DNA from: a virus | Lineage: Duplodnaviria > Caudoviricetes | DNA: 64,000 bases | Strand: one strand, 5' to 3' | Virus record (IMG/VR): IMGVR_UViG_3300027983_002389 | Shown here: piece after piece, positions 1-9,457 of the stretch | How positions within the stretch are numbered: position 1 is the first letter of the stretch | How the letters are laid out: the number at the start of each line of letters is the position of its first letter | Notes under the pieces: generated by a model | Told to the model about the DNA's origin: nothing | The model's input: only the letters and a program-made list of their open reading frames with translations | The model's database searches: none | Program-made: the position numbers and the translations under genes

Positions 1-111
1 ACGTAAAACGTAGAACTGGTCTTGTGGCTTTTTGCGTGTTTCGGTAGAATCCGGCGAGTTTCAGAAATGTGCCAAAGCTGGCACCCATCACGTCCAAAAA
101 GGAGTTAGCCG

Positions 112-297
112 ATGTTGGTTCTAAGTCGGAAAAAAAACGAGTCGATTGTCATTGGGGAAAATATCCGAATCGTCGTCGTCGAAGTTCGTGGCGACAAAGT
201 ACGATTGGGCATTGAAGCGCCTACCGATATTCCTGTTCACCGACAGGAGGTATATGACGCTATCAAGGAGGAAGACAACCCTGATGGGAAACCCTAG
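112..297 (+). CDS. csrA: Carbon storage regulator CsrA/RsmA
   Basis: MLVLSRKKNESIVIG...DKVRLGIEAP...VHRQEVY signature; AGGAG RBS. Confidence 0.95.
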   Translation: MLVLSRKKNESIVIGENIRIVVVEVRGDKVRLGIEAPTDIPVHRQEVYDAIKEEDNPDGKP

Positions 298-517
298 AAT
301 ATGCCCTCATTGTCATTTGGATATTCCCACGGATCGAGATTTTTCTTTTGATGAAAAGTTGAATCTTATTTGTGGGAATTGTGGCAATATAGCTTTTCCA
401 ACAACTTCGGAAGCAGAACTCGCCTTCTCGCAGCCGGGACCGAGACAGTCGGTGTCTAAACACGACCAGATCAAACACAAATCTGGTCTCCAACACGAAG
501 ATATTCCAGAAGGATAA
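284..517 (+). CDS. Small zinc-ribbon hypothetical protein
   Basis: CPHC...CGNC; start moved to ATG 284 (AGGAGG RBS). Confidence 0.65.
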   Translation: MGNPRICPHCHLDIPTDRDFSFDEKLNLICGNCGNIAFPTTSEAELAFSQPGPRQSVSKHDQIKHKSGLQHEDIPEG

Positions 518-522
518 ATCAT

Positions 523-1197
523 ATGGAGAACAAACCTACAAACCTGATTGCTGAATTGGAGCGTATTTTCGACGTTCTAAATCAAGCGTTATTTGGTGGT
601 AAACTGGAGCCAGTGAATTTCGCCCTTCAGCCAAAAAAGAAGGTTTCTCTACGATGGATGCCAGATATTGAAGGCATGGTCGTCGGAGCAGACTTCTCCA
701 AGTTAGAATATGGTGAAATTCTTGCGGCAATGCTACATGAAATGATCCATGTCGCAAATCAGCAGAAGGGCTTGCCTGACGTTACCACGAATCAATATCA
801 CAACAAGAATTTCCTTCAGGCAGCACTTGAAGTGGGACTTGTGGTAATCAAGCATAAAACTCAAGGCTGGGCAATTACTTCGACCGTATATCCGAGAAAT
901 GTGGTCGAACGGGTTTTCATCAAGCGTCCCAATAAAGACGCTGTTCGGCGAAGAAACGACGCCTTTGACTCCATTACGATGGACAAGGCGATTTTAAAAG
1001 CAGGACGTGCCGATATACGGGAGCGAATTAAAAGCCAAAAGCCGACAAAGACATATTTCCTCAAATATCAGTGCAATTGTCAGCCCCCTCACAACAGTAT
1101 CCGATCAGGCCGACGACCAGATGGCCCCAACGCCTTGAATATTCAATGCTTAAACTGTCGGTCGCAGTTTGAGTGTGTCACCGAACTGGACGAATGA
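523..1197 (+). CDS. SprT-like zinc metalloprotease
   Basis: HEMIH, YHNKNF third-ligand segment, C-terminal CxC...CxxC. Confidence 0.8.
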   Translation: MENKPTNLIAELERIFDVLNQALFGGKLEPVNFALQPKKKVSLRWMPDIEGMVVGADFSKLEYGEILAAMLHEMIHVANQQKGLPDVTTNQYHNKNFLQAALEVGLVVIKHKTQGWAITSTVYPRNVVERVFIKRPNKDAVRRRNDAFDSITMDKAILKAGRADIRERIKSQKPTKTYFLKYQCNCQPPHNSIRSGRRPDGPNALNIQCLNCRSQFECVTELDE

Positions 1198-1466
1198 CAA
1201 GGAGTCAAATGGAGAAGAAGTCTCTTGCAAGCCAACTTCAAGGTGTGTTGAAGGAATGCCCTCATGTCAGAGGGTATCAATTGTCGGTGTTGGAACTTTC
1301 CGAGTCAGTCGTGATTGGAGGAACCGTCAAATGCTACTACCACAAGCAGATGGCACAAGAGTCCATTCGCATTTATCTCAAGACGCAGCCAGGACTTACG
1401 GTGACGATGACGTTGACAAACAACATTGTGGTCAGATCATCACCGGCTAGGACCGAAACCGAATAA
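1194..1466 (+). CDS. BON-domain-like protein
   Basis: VVIGGTVKCYYHKQMAQE...NNIVV, typical of planctomycete BON proteins. Confidence 0.65.
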   Translation: MTRSQMEKKSLASQLQGVLKECPHVRGYQLSVLELSESVVIGGTVKCYYHKQMAQESIRIYLKTQPGLTVTMTLTNNIVVRSSPARTETE

Positions 1467-1480
1467 AGTTTCGGCCTGAT

Positions 1481-1509
1481 TTTACACAAAACGGTTTGCG
1501 TGGTAGAAT
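1481..1509 (+). promoter_or_regulatory. Sigma-70-type promoter (class I)
   Basis: TTTACA-N17-TAGAAT with GTGG extended -10. Confidence 0.8.
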
Positions 1510-1553
1510 CCACTCAAACCGTTTTGTCGTCTTTTCTGATGGGGAGAATGCTC

Positions 1554-2216
1554 GTGGCCGTTAAGATCATTTATCCTCCCCGGCCCAAAAGCAAGATGCT
1601 CCCAAAAGATTTGAGGTATTACGAAAGCACGGGAAAGTGGCTCGCTCAACGAAAGTTTCGTGGAAGCCGAGCCGTCATCAATATTTCCCCGGCTGGGGAA
1701 ATTACGCTTGGCAACCGTCACGGGACTTCTTTTGCCCGTTTTTCTCTTGATCGCAAATATCGAGAAGAAATTCTGTCTGGACTACGCTTCCAGAAAGGCG
1801 TCGAATATTGGTTGGATGGCGAACTCATGAACAAGGACGAGAACGCCACCAATGAGATCATCCTCTTCGACGTACTCCATGTTGGTAAATATTTATTCGG
1901 TTCTCCCAATCAAGTTGAGCGACTGAAAATGCTCAATGATATTTGTGGCAGTCCGAAGGAATATTGTCCGAGTGGCATTGCTCTACAGGTTACTCCCCGC
2001 ATTTGGATGGCCGAGACGTTTGCTTCGGATTTTACCAAACGCTTTGAAGAGGCGTTGCCTGTCGTTCAACTTGAAGGTTTGGTTCTTCGCAAGAAAACTT
2101 CATCGTTGGATCATTTCGGTCATTCCGAATATGAAACAAACAACATTATCCGGTGTCGGAAACCATTCGCATCTGAAACGCCAAAGGCCCAGCGTTCGGG
2201 CGGATATGAATTCTAG
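1554..2216 (+). CDS. ATP-dependent ligase/capping-type nucleotidyltransferase domain protein
   Basis: Motifs QRKFRGSR, WLDGELM, ILFDVL, EGLVLRK; no OB domain. Confidence 0.75.
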   Translation: MAVKIIYPPRPKSKMLPKDLRYYESTGKWLAQRKFRGSRAVINISPAGEITLGNRHGTSFARFSLDRKYREEILSGLRFQKGVEYWLDGELMNKDENATNEIILFDVLHVGKYLFGSPNQVERLKMLNDICGSPKEYCPSGIALQVTPRIWMAETFASDFTKRFEEALPVVQLEGLVLRKKTSSLDHFGHSEYETNNIIRCRKPFASETPKAQRSGGYEF

Positions 2217-2218
2217 TC

Positions 2219-2246
2219 TTGACACCAGGGGGACAATATGTAGACT
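2219..2246 (+). promoter_or_regulatory. Sigma-70-type promoter
   Basis: TTGACA-N16-TAGACT with TG extension. Confidence 0.65.
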
Positions 2247-2270
2247 CTCGCACGACTGTTCGACTCAACC

Positions 2271-2298
2271 TATACCCTATACCCTATACCCTATACCC
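2271..2298 (+). repeat. (TATACCC)x4 tandem repeat in 5' UTR
   Basis: Four exact copies just upstream of the AGGAG RBS. Confidence 0.95.
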
Positions 2299-2313
2299 AA
2301 CCAGGAGTTACTG

Positions 2314-3639
2314 ATGAGCAAGATTGAATCCTTCCCGATGAATCGCATCCCGGAAGGCTGCAAGCATCTTTATGGTGCTTTGTTCGCCGTTCCGTTCGCT
2401 TCGTTGCGGACCCCCGATGTAGACGACGATGAGTCGAACACGGAATATCGGTTTAAGAATCCCAGGCTTCACACCGAGAAGGGACAAAGGGAGTTGCTGG
2501 ACAAGCGACTCTCTGCTGAACTGCGGGAGAGCATCAAGAGCCGCACTTTGCTGAACCCGTTGGTGTGTCGATGGGTCCAAGATGGGGAACAATACTTTCC
2601 ACAACTGGTTGGCGGTGATCGTCGGCATCGTGCCTTGGACTTCCTCATTCGCAAGAAAGAGATCGTCACCGACCCCAGCAGCTTGCAATTGAACGACAAG
2701 GGCGAGTGGATTTACATTCAATGCCCTGCCGATCAAGCCTACGCAACGATTCCGTGTCAGGTGTTCGCAGTCAACAACGACCTGGATGCCTTGGCTTTGG
2801 CTTGGGCTGAAAACAAAGGTCGCATCAACCTGACTGAAGGACACGAGATTGCCGAAGTCATCAAGTTGAGGAAGGTTGGGGCTTCTGACGAGAAGATTCT
2901 CGAAATCCTTCAACGTGATGAGAAGTGGCTCGCCGAGTCTGATTCGCTGATCGGTAATCTTGATGCCGATACGCTTGCTGACTTATTGGAAAATCGGCTC
3001 GACCGAGAATCTGCTTGTGAACTATGCAACATCGAAGACGAGCAGATGCGCAGCAAAGTTCGCATTGCCGCCAACGAAGCGTCTAAGGAAGCCTGCAATC
3101 GTAAGATTAAGCGGCTCCAACGTCAGGTTGAATCGGCGCTTGATCGGAAGGAAATCGCCGAAGGCTCTGTCGCAGATGCCGAATACCACAACGACGATGA
3201 TGGCATCGAAGACGCTAAAACCGAATTGGCTGACGCCGAGAAGAAGGTCGCTCGTTCTGTCAAAGAACGTGATGAAACCACTCCAGTCACGACCATCAAG
3301 GACGTGAAGAAGGCTGAAATCGAATCGGGTGCCAAGCCTCCGAAAGAGCCTCGAAATGAGGATGATCGACCCCTCCGAATTCTTTCCTCGAAGAAGATTC
3401 AGGATGGTGTCGATTATTTGGATGGCGTCATCGCCAACGGCGGCAAGTGCCTTGAAGGTACTTATATCGGTGGTCCTGGTCTTGCAAATGCTCTGGCGCT
3501 GTGTAGGAAGTTGTTCAACAACAACATCTTGGCAAACGAGCCGGACTTCGGGGCGACGATCAAGCGTCACTTGGAATCTATCCGAAAGCTGAAAGAGGGT
3601 TCTCAACCTCAGCGGGTTGAGACTGAAGAAGGCCAATAA
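2314..3639 (+). CDS. ParB-like N-terminal-domain protein with coiled-coil C-terminus
   Basis: NPR, ELRESIK..LLNPLV, GDRRHRAL, AENKGRINL; start at ATG 2314 after RBS. Confidence 0.75.
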   Translation: MSKIESFPMNRIPEGCKHLYGALFAVPFASLRTPDVDDDESNTEYRFKNPRLHTEKGQRELLDKRLSAELRESIKSRTLLNPLVCRWVQDGEQYFPQLVGGDRRHRALDFLIRKKEIVTDPSSLQLNDKGEWIYIQCPADQAYATIPCQVFAVNNDLDALALAWAENKGRINLTEGHEIAEVIKLRKVGASDEKILEILQRDEKWLAESDSLIGNLDADTLADLLENRLDRESACELCNIEDEQMRSKVRIAANEASKEACNRKIKRLQRQVESALDRKEIAEGSVADAEYHNDDDGIEDAKTELADAEKKVARSVKERDETTPVTTIKDVKKAEIESGAKPPKEPRNEDDRPLRILSSKKIQDGVDYLDGVIANGGKCLEGTYIGGPGLANALALCRKLFNNNILANEPDFGATIKRHLESIRKLKEGSQPQRVETEEGQ

Positions 3640-3688
3640 TCTTCCCTAAGCAACGGGGAAGTGGTGGAGGGCGGCATAAGTTGCCCCT

Positions 3689-3726
3689 AACCTCGCCAAG
3701 AGAAATCTTGGCGAGGTTTTTATTTT
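3689..3726 (+). terminator. Rho-independent terminator
   Basis: CCTCGCCAAGA-GAAA-TCTTGGCGAGG followed by T-tract. Confidence 0.85.
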
Positions 3727-3732
3727 GACAGG

Positions 3733-3740
3733 CATAAATA
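3733..3740 (+). promoter_or_regulatory. T4-late-like box (class III)
   Basis: CATAAATA 5 nt before ATG 3746. Confidence 0.55.
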
Positions 3741-3745
3741 AAACA

Positions 3746-4054
3746 ATGATACAAGCCTGTCCAAATTGCGGTCATACTCTTCAGCGTGAATTGAAGGATG
3801 GCCTTACACATTGTTCTCATTGCAATCAAGTTTTTGATTCAAGCGATTTGAATCGTCTTTTATCAGCGGCTTGGCAAATACGCAGGGAACATTTGTCATT
3901 AGAGCAAGTTAAGTGGCAACTCAAATTGGGAGATGATTATTCCATTTTGATATACACTTTTGTTAGTGAATACGGCTATGCTCACGATGAACTCATCAAA
4001 TTGTTGAGAAAACTCGGCGTAGCAAATAAAGCCTATATCGACTTCTCAGCCTAG
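3746..4054 (+). CDS. Zinc-ribbon hypothetical protein
   Basis: CPNC...CSHC. Confidence 0.7.
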   Translation: MIQACPNCGHTLQRELKDGLTHCSHCNQVFDSSDLNRLLSAAWQIRREHLSLEQVKWQLKLGDDYSILIYTFVSEYGYAHDELIKLLRKLGVANKAYIDFSA

Positions 4055-4100
4055 ATCGAGCATTGCAGCTTTGGTATCCTCTTATATCTGGAGGATAAAC

Positions 4101-4604
4101 ATGAAACTGCAAATTTTAGTTGGCATGATCGCATCTGGCAAATCCACATATTGTCGATCTGCTGCTCAACAAGGCGTTATTTGCATGAATGACGACGCCA
4201 TTGTCAATATGCTTCATGCCGATGACTACACTCTCTACAACACTAACCTAAAGGTGTTGTATAAATCAATCGAAAATCATGTTATTGGAACTGCCCTTGC
4301 GATGGGTCGTTCTGTCATTGTTGACCGGGGACTAAACGTGAGTCTCGCCGGTCGTCGTCGTTGGATTGCCCTGGCCCGTAGTTTTGATGTTTCAATCACA
4401 GCCGTTGTTTTCAAAAACGATGGACCCGAAGAACATGCTAGACGCCGCACCAATTCTGATGGCCGAGGTCATCCTTATGAATATTGGCTCAGGGTTGCAG
4501 AGTTTCATAATTCTTTGTATATTCCACCTATTGTAGAAGAAGGGTTTGATGCCGTCTACGATATTGGGTTCGCTGAAATACAGCAAGGCAAAGTCTTTCT
4601 TTAA
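4101..4604 (+). CDS. P-loop kinase, AAA_33/polynucleotide-kinase-like
   Basis: GMIASGKST Walker A, VIVD, EEGFD; GGAGG RBS. Confidence 0.8.
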   Translation: MKLQILVGMIASGKSTYCRSAAQQGVICMNDDAIVNMLHADDYTLYNTNLKVLYKSIENHVIGTALAMGRSVIVDRGLNVSLAGRRRWIALARSFDVSITAVVFKNDGPEEHARRRTNSDGRGHPYEYWLRVAEFHNSLYIPPIVEEGFDAVYDIGFAEIQQGKVFL

Positions 4605-4615
4605 GGGGACTGGTA

Positions 4616-5512
4616 ATGGATTGTAGGCTCATTGATGGCAATGCCATTGCCGCCGATATTCGTAGAGAATTGCGGCAACGGGTGACTGAATACAAAACCT
4701 CTACAGGCATCACCCCAACTCTGGTTGCTTTGATGGTGGGAAGCAATCCAGCCAGTCAGATTTATGTTAAAAAGAAAATAGCCGCTTGTGATGAAGTTGG
4801 CATATTGGCTTATCGAGTCGAAGCAGATGAAGATGAAGACGATCTGCTGAAACAGATTCGTCGCTTGAATAATGACGATTCGGTGCATGGGTATATCATG
4901 CAATTGCCTTTACCACCGGGTTGGAAGCCAGATAGATATTTTTCTGAGTTCAATCCCTACAAAGACGTAGATGTATTCCACCCGGAAAATGTTGGTCTTT
5001 TGGTCCAAGGCAGACCAAGATTTCGTCCATGTACGCCACATGGAATTCAGGTGATGTTGCATCGTAGTGGCATTAAAGTTGCCGGGAAAAAAGTCGCAGT
5101 CATCAATCGCAGCAACGTGGTGGGCAAACCCTTGTCTTCGATGCTCATTCAAGAATGTGACGATTACGCCAATGCCACGGTGACGGTCTGTCATGATCGA
5201 ACACCGCCCGATCTTCTCAAAAGTGTGACGCAGACTGCCGACATTGTGATTGTTGCTGTGGGTAAACCTGGATTTTTAACAGCGGATATGGTTCGTCCTG
5301 GCTCAACAGTGATTGATGTTGGTATAACGAGGATCGGCAATAGGGTAGTTGGAGACGTGGATTTTGAAAATGTCAGTAAAATTGCCGGTGCAATATCGCC
5401 GGTTCCTGGTGGTTGCGGGCCGATGACGGTTGCCATGCTTTTGGAAAATACTTTGGCTGCTGCCCAACTTCAAAGCCAGAGGCTTTACAACCACAACTAT
5501 TCTGTGGTATAA
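4616..5512 (+). CDS. folD: Methylenetetrahydrofolate dehydrogenase/cyclohydrolase
   Basis: YVKKK, QLPLP, KDVD, PCTP, RSNVVGKP, DVGI, PVPGGCGPMTVAML. Confidence 0.97.
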   Translation: MDCRLIDGNAIAADIRRELRQRVTEYKTSTGITPTLVALMVGSNPASQIYVKKKIAACDEVGILAYRVEADEDEDDLLKQIRRLNNDDSVHGYIMQLPLPPGWKPDRYFSEFNPYKDVDVFHPENVGLLVQGRPRFRPCTPHGIQVMLHRSGIKVAGKKVAVINRSNVVGKPLSSMLIQECDDYANATVTVCHDRTPPDLLKSVTQTADIVIVAVGKPGFLTADMVRPGSTVIDVGITRIGNRVVGDVDFENVSKIAGAISPVPGGCGPMTVAMLLENTLAAAQLQSQRLYNHNYSVV

Positions 5513-5513
5513 T
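5484..5513 (+). promoter_or_regulatory. Sigma-70-type promoter overlapping the folD stop
   Basis: TTTACA-N18-TATAAT with TGTGG. Confidence 0.7.
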
Positions 5514-5538
5514 CCTTCACCAGAAAAGGAGCTTTACT

Positions 5539-6546
5539 TTGAACGATTTGCGTATTTTCGGCCTTGGGTCAAGTGTTGAATACACGGATCAGGTGTGCAA
5601 AGCGTTGTCGCTGAAGCGATCTGACCACAAAGAAACTTGGCAAGACGACGATGAGCCGTATGTTCTCTCACAAGAGAACGTCCGAGGCTGTGACGTATTC
5701 ATCGTGCAGAGTTTGTATTCTTGCCAAAAGGAACGTCTGGCAGATAAGTTCCTGAAGCTCCTGTTGTTCGCTCGTTCTCTTCGTGACGCATCGGCACGAC
5801 GCATCACGTTGGTATTGCCGTATCTTGCTTTCCAAAGGCAAGATCGAAAAACTGAGTCCAGAGCGCCAGTGTATACCAAATACATTCCTGAAATTATCGA
5901 AGGACTACTTCGTCCCGACGACCGAATTTTGACTATCGACGCCCACAATCTGAGCGCCTATCAATCAGGCTTTCGCCTGATGCTCGATCACTTGGAAGCC
6001 AAGCCGGTCGTCTGCGACTGGTTCAGTAATTCTGCCAGTCGATTGTGGCCTGAACTCAATTTGGACAATTTGTGTTTTGCATCACCCGACGAAGGTGGCG
6101 TGAAGCGGGTTGGGTTTTATCGAAAACGTGTTCAATCTCAAATGAAGATCGAGATCAGCACGGCATCGATTTACAAAACCCATGAAGGAAAAGAAATTGA
6201 GGCTCATGGTGTGATGGGTCACGTCGAGGGTAAAGACGTGTTTTTGATTGACGATATGATCTCGTCTGGAACCACTTTGGTAAAAGCAACCGACGCCATT
6301 GAGAAGGAAGGCGGGAAGGTTCGAGCCGCCATTGCTACTCACGGTTTGTTCGTCGGTAATGCCAATGAGCGTATAGGGTTACTGCAAGAACGTGGCATCA
6401 AAGTTATCGTCACCGATACAGTTCACACCAATAAATTAGACCCGAAATTGCAGAAGAAATTGGTGGTTATTCGGACAGCGCCATTGCTTGGTGAAGCTAT
6501 TCGGTGTATCCACAATGAAGAATCTGTCAGTAAGTTGCTTTCCTGA
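5539..6546 (+). CDS. prs: Ribose-phosphate pyrophosphokinase (PRPP synthetase family)
   Basis: ENVRGCDVFIVQS, PYLAFQRQDRK, SPDEGG, IDDMISSGTT, ATHGLF; TTG start after AGGAG. Confidence 0.92.
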   Translation: MNDLRIFGLGSSVEYTDQVCKALSLKRSDHKETWQDDDEPYVLSQENVRGCDVFIVQSLYSCQKERLADKFLKLLLFARSLRDASARRITLVLPYLAFQRQDRKTESRAPVYTKYIPEIIEGLLRPDDRILTIDAHNLSAYQSGFRLMLDHLEAKPVVCDWFSNSASRLWPELNLDNLCFASPDEGGVKRVGFYRKRVQSQMKIEISTASIYKTHEGKEIEAHGVMGHVEGKDVFLIDDMISSGTTLVKATDAIEKEGGKVRAAIATHGLFVGNANERIGLLQERGIKVIVTDTVHTNKLDPKLQKKLVVIRTAPLLGEAIRCIHNEESVSKLLS

Positions 6547-6596
6547 AAATATGGTTGTCAAGACCATTTCCCCAAGTATAATCCACGGAGGTTCCA

Positions 6597-7190
6597 GTGG
6601 CTCTCAAGAGTTGTCCTGTCTGTCAGAAACAAGTCGGACCCAGGACAAAAAAATGTGATTGTGGTCATGAATTTGCAACAACCATAGCAGCGGTTCCGGC
6701 CAGTGGTCAGTCAATGGTGCTTGATCCTTTGGACAAGCGCATTGCTGCATCTGTGGATTCCGTCCGTGACATTATTTCGAGAGTTGAAAATCGCCCTGCC
6801 TCAGCGGGTCCAGTTTCAACCCCTGTCATCTGTGATATTGATGATGTAGATCAATCGCCTCGACGCACGACTATTATACGTCCTCAAACTCAAAGATTTT
6901 TTGGTGGTGGTGAAAGAGTCTCCACCCCAGCGGGTGAATGTCCTGTTAAACCTAAAGGCTACAAAGACAAATGGCCTGATGGACCAGCCTCAGATGAGGT
7001 TGTTCAGGATTGGGCTGTGGACGTATACAATCATGGACAAGGTAGATACGCCATTGATGCGGTCATCTACTTCGCTCGTTATTTTTGGGACATTAACGGA
7101 CAAGAATATCCTCGGATTCGTGATCGGATCGTGAAAACCTTGCAGCCTTCACGTCCATCCGATCACGAATCCGAGAATGATATTACTTAG
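6597..7190 (+). CDS. Hypothetical protein with N-terminal zinc ribbon
   Basis: CPVC...CDCGHEF; GGAGG RBS; TTGTCA-N16-TATAAT upstream. Confidence 0.7.
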   Translation: MALKSCPVCQKQVGPRTKKCDCGHEFATTIAAVPASGQSMVLDPLDKRIAASVDSVRDIISRVENRPASAGPVSTPVICDIDDVDQSPRRTTIIRPQTQRFFGGGERVSTPAGECPVKPKGYKDKWPDGPASDEVVQDWAVDVYNHGQGRYAIDAVIYFARYFWDINGQEYPRIRDRIVKTLQPSRPSDHESENDIT

Positions 7191-7411
7191 GCGCTCTCAG
7201 CGGACAACTGTTCGATGGGAGATCGAATAGTTTCTACTTCAATACCTTCAGTTGTCAGTTCAGATCGCAATACTGTGATTTTCTTATCAGCTTCGATGCC
7301 GATGCGGACCTTATTGCGGTTATCAATACGGACGACAGTAATCCTAATGTCTTCCATATTTGGACCCTTGAGAATGATTGTCTCATCTATCTTACGACTT
7401 AGTACGAGCAT
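7187..7411 (-). CDS. csrA: Second CsrA-family protein
   Basis: MLVLSRKIDETI...KVRIGIEA...VLRSEL. Confidence 0.85.
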   Translation of the reverse strand: MLVLSRKIDETIILKGPNMEDIRITVVRIDNRNKVRIGIEADKKITVLRSELTTEGIEVETIRSPIEQLSAESA

Positions 7412-7665
7412 GGTTATTCCTTTCTTAGCTAGTAGCTTGTTTGCTTGCGTGCTTTGCGATTACGCTTATCCGTTATTAAGTGAGTGCATACACAGATTTT
7501 CTGCGAAAGACGGAAAAATTTTTAGGCTCGCATCTTTACACTCAGAATATTTGACGTAATATCTGTGTAGAGAGATGCGTTTTCGGTAATTACGATAGTC
7601 AGCGTGATGCACAGTCCCAGCACACGCCACCTACAAGAACCTGGGACTGTTTGTGGAGAAATCCG

Positions 7666-8178
7666 ATGGCACAAGTGACGAAGTACGACGATCAATTGGA
7701 AAGCAAGCTGAAAGAGGCCGAATTGCTCCAGGAGCAAATCGGCCTGTTGCAGCGAGTTCGAGAAATCGAACTGGAAATTACTGGTAGTATCACAGCACCA
7801 GTTGCAGTAGTTGCTGTGAAAGCCACCGTGAAGGTTGCTCAGGCGGTTGCTCAGACAGCACCAGTCAATGGTGAAGTTAAGCGTCGTGGTCGTCCCAAGG
7901 GATCGACCAATGCACCCAAGGTGGCTGCAACGGGTGTTGTAACCGACGATGGTAAGTCGGTTGATCTTCCGTCTCTGTTGGAGACGATTGCTCAACAGGT
8001 CAATCGTCCACTTCTGTTGACAGATTTTGTCACGCTGGCTCGTGAGGCTGGTTACACGACGAAGGCCAAGGACTTCAGCAATATGGTCTACCAATCCGTG
8101 CTGAAGCTGGTCAAGAAGGGCAAGTTCAAGAAGAACGAAGAGACTCGTGCTTACGAGTATGTCGGCAAAGCTGCCTAA
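7666..8178 (+). CDS. Putative nucleoid-associated DNA-binding protein (coiled coil, AT-hook, winged-helix-like end)
   Basis: KRRGRPKGS AT-hook; GGAG RBS. Confidence 0.6.
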   Translation: MAQVTKYDDQLESKLKEAELLQEQIGLLQRVREIELEITGSITAPVAVVAVKATVKVAQAVAQTAPVNGEVKRRGRPKGSTNAPKVAATGVVTDDGKSVDLPSLLETIAQQVNRPLLLTDFVTLAREAGYTTKAKDFSNMVYQSVLKLVKKGKFKKNEETRAYEYVGKAA

Positions 8179-8233
8179 CCGACAACAACAGGGGTCCGTG
8201 TTTGTTTGCGGACCTTTGATTTTGTGTTCCGAC

Positions 8234-8262
8234 TTTACAACCCTACTAAAACAGGGTAACAT
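8234..8262 (+). promoter_or_regulatory. Sigma-70-type promoter
   Basis: TTTACA-N17-TAACAT. Confidence 0.6.
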
Positions 8263-8279
8263 CCTCAAGGAGAAATTCG

Positions 8280-8714
8280 ATGGCTACGACTGAACAACCA
8301 CGGGTCAACAAGACCGCATTCGTTCGCAATGTCCTGAAGGAGATTGGTGCAATCACTGCCAATCCACCGGAAGGATGGCGACAGAAGGTCGAGGAGGTGC
8401 TGGCAAAATCAAATTTGCAAATGCACCAAGTCACCATCTACCAGATTCGCCAGAAGGCGATCAAGGAAAAGGAAAAGGAAGCGGAAGCGGAAGGGACGCC
8501 AGCAAAGGCTCAGGGAAAGCCCAAGGGTCGCCCAAAGGCTCAGGCTGCTCAGGCTGCTCAGGCTCCCAAATACCCTGCCGCTCCCGCCAAGGTCAATGGC
8601 AATGCCGCCCTGACCGTCGCCGATCTGCAAGCAGTGCAGGAATTCGCCAAGAAGTTTGGTGGATTGGATGGTTTGAACGATGCCGTCAGTGCAATCAAGT
8701 CTTTCAAAAGCTAA
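8280..8714 (+). CDS. Small basic Lys/Ala-rich protein, possibly nucleoid-associated
   Basis: VNKTAFVR N-terminus, KGRPK, LQAVQEFAKKFGGLDGL C-terminus. Confidence 0.65.
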   Translation: MATTEQPRVNKTAFVRNVLKEIGAITANPPEGWRQKVEEVLAKSNLQMHQVTIYQIRQKAIKEKEKEAEAEGTPAKAQGKPKGRPKAQAAQAAQAPKYPAAPAKVNGNAALTVADLQAVQEFAKKFGGLDGLNDAVSAIKSFKS

Positions 8715-8803
8715 TTGCATCCAATTGGCACGACATGGGAAAGCATTAAACGGGCATCCGAGACTTCTATCGGATGCTTGTTTGGTTTTTATTGAGAGAA
8801 AAT

Positions 8804-9457
8804 ATGGAATCGCCATTTTTGTTACACACTCTATTTCAGCCGAAGAATATGGATTCTCTTGCTGCTGATTTAGGATCAGATGATCCTGTGTATAAAAAAC
8901 ACAAGTTAATGGAATCTGAATTCAGCGATCTTGTTGATGTGATGAGGCAAAATAAGTGGTTGCCATTGCCATCCATCAATGCCTTGATGACGCTATTGTG
9001 GCGTGTTGTAGGCAACCACATTGCGCCGGTCGCCATAAATCCTAACGTGCCAACGCTCAGTTTTTGGTGCGAATTTCGCAGTGTCGATCCAATCGCTAGT
9101 CTTGCAGTAATCATGATTCCTGATAACTGGCATGATATGTTAGTCGAAGATGCCCATATGCAAATGGGTGCTATGGTTTTTGCTGCCTCTCAAGCCAAAG
9201 ACTATTGGAACCATAAGTTCTCGCCACCAAATGCAAAAAAAGAAATTCATGATCGAGCGTGGTCTTCTGAAGCCGAGTTGCTTCACTATTTTGCTCATAC
9301 TGCTCCTGACTTCAAGCCAAACGATTATCAAAATAAGATTATGGATAAATACCCAAAAGGTATTGCATCCATAGAGGCTCATTATGTGGGTCGTGAATAC
9401 GATGGTGTGTTCCCACCGTTTCCACCGTTTCCAGTTGATGTCAACTCATTCAGATAG
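8804..9457 (+). CDS. Hypothetical protein
   Basis: Long ORF on the coding strand. Confidence 0.7.
   Translation: MESPFLLHTLFQPKNMDSLAADLGSDDPVYKKHKLMESEFSDLVDVMRQNKWLPLPSINALMTLLWRVVGNHIAPVAINPNVPTLSFWCEFRSVDPIASLAVIMIPDNWHDMLVEDAHMQMGAMVFAASQAKDYWNHKFSPPNAKKEIHDRAWSSEAELLHYFAHTAPDFKPNDYQNKIMDKYPKGIASIEAHYVGREYDGVFPPFPPFPVDVNSFR

Noticed and set aside
1936-2313. Extended start of ORF 1936..3639
   Set aside because: It overlaps the ligase gene, a promoter and the microsatellite; the RBS supports ATG 2314.
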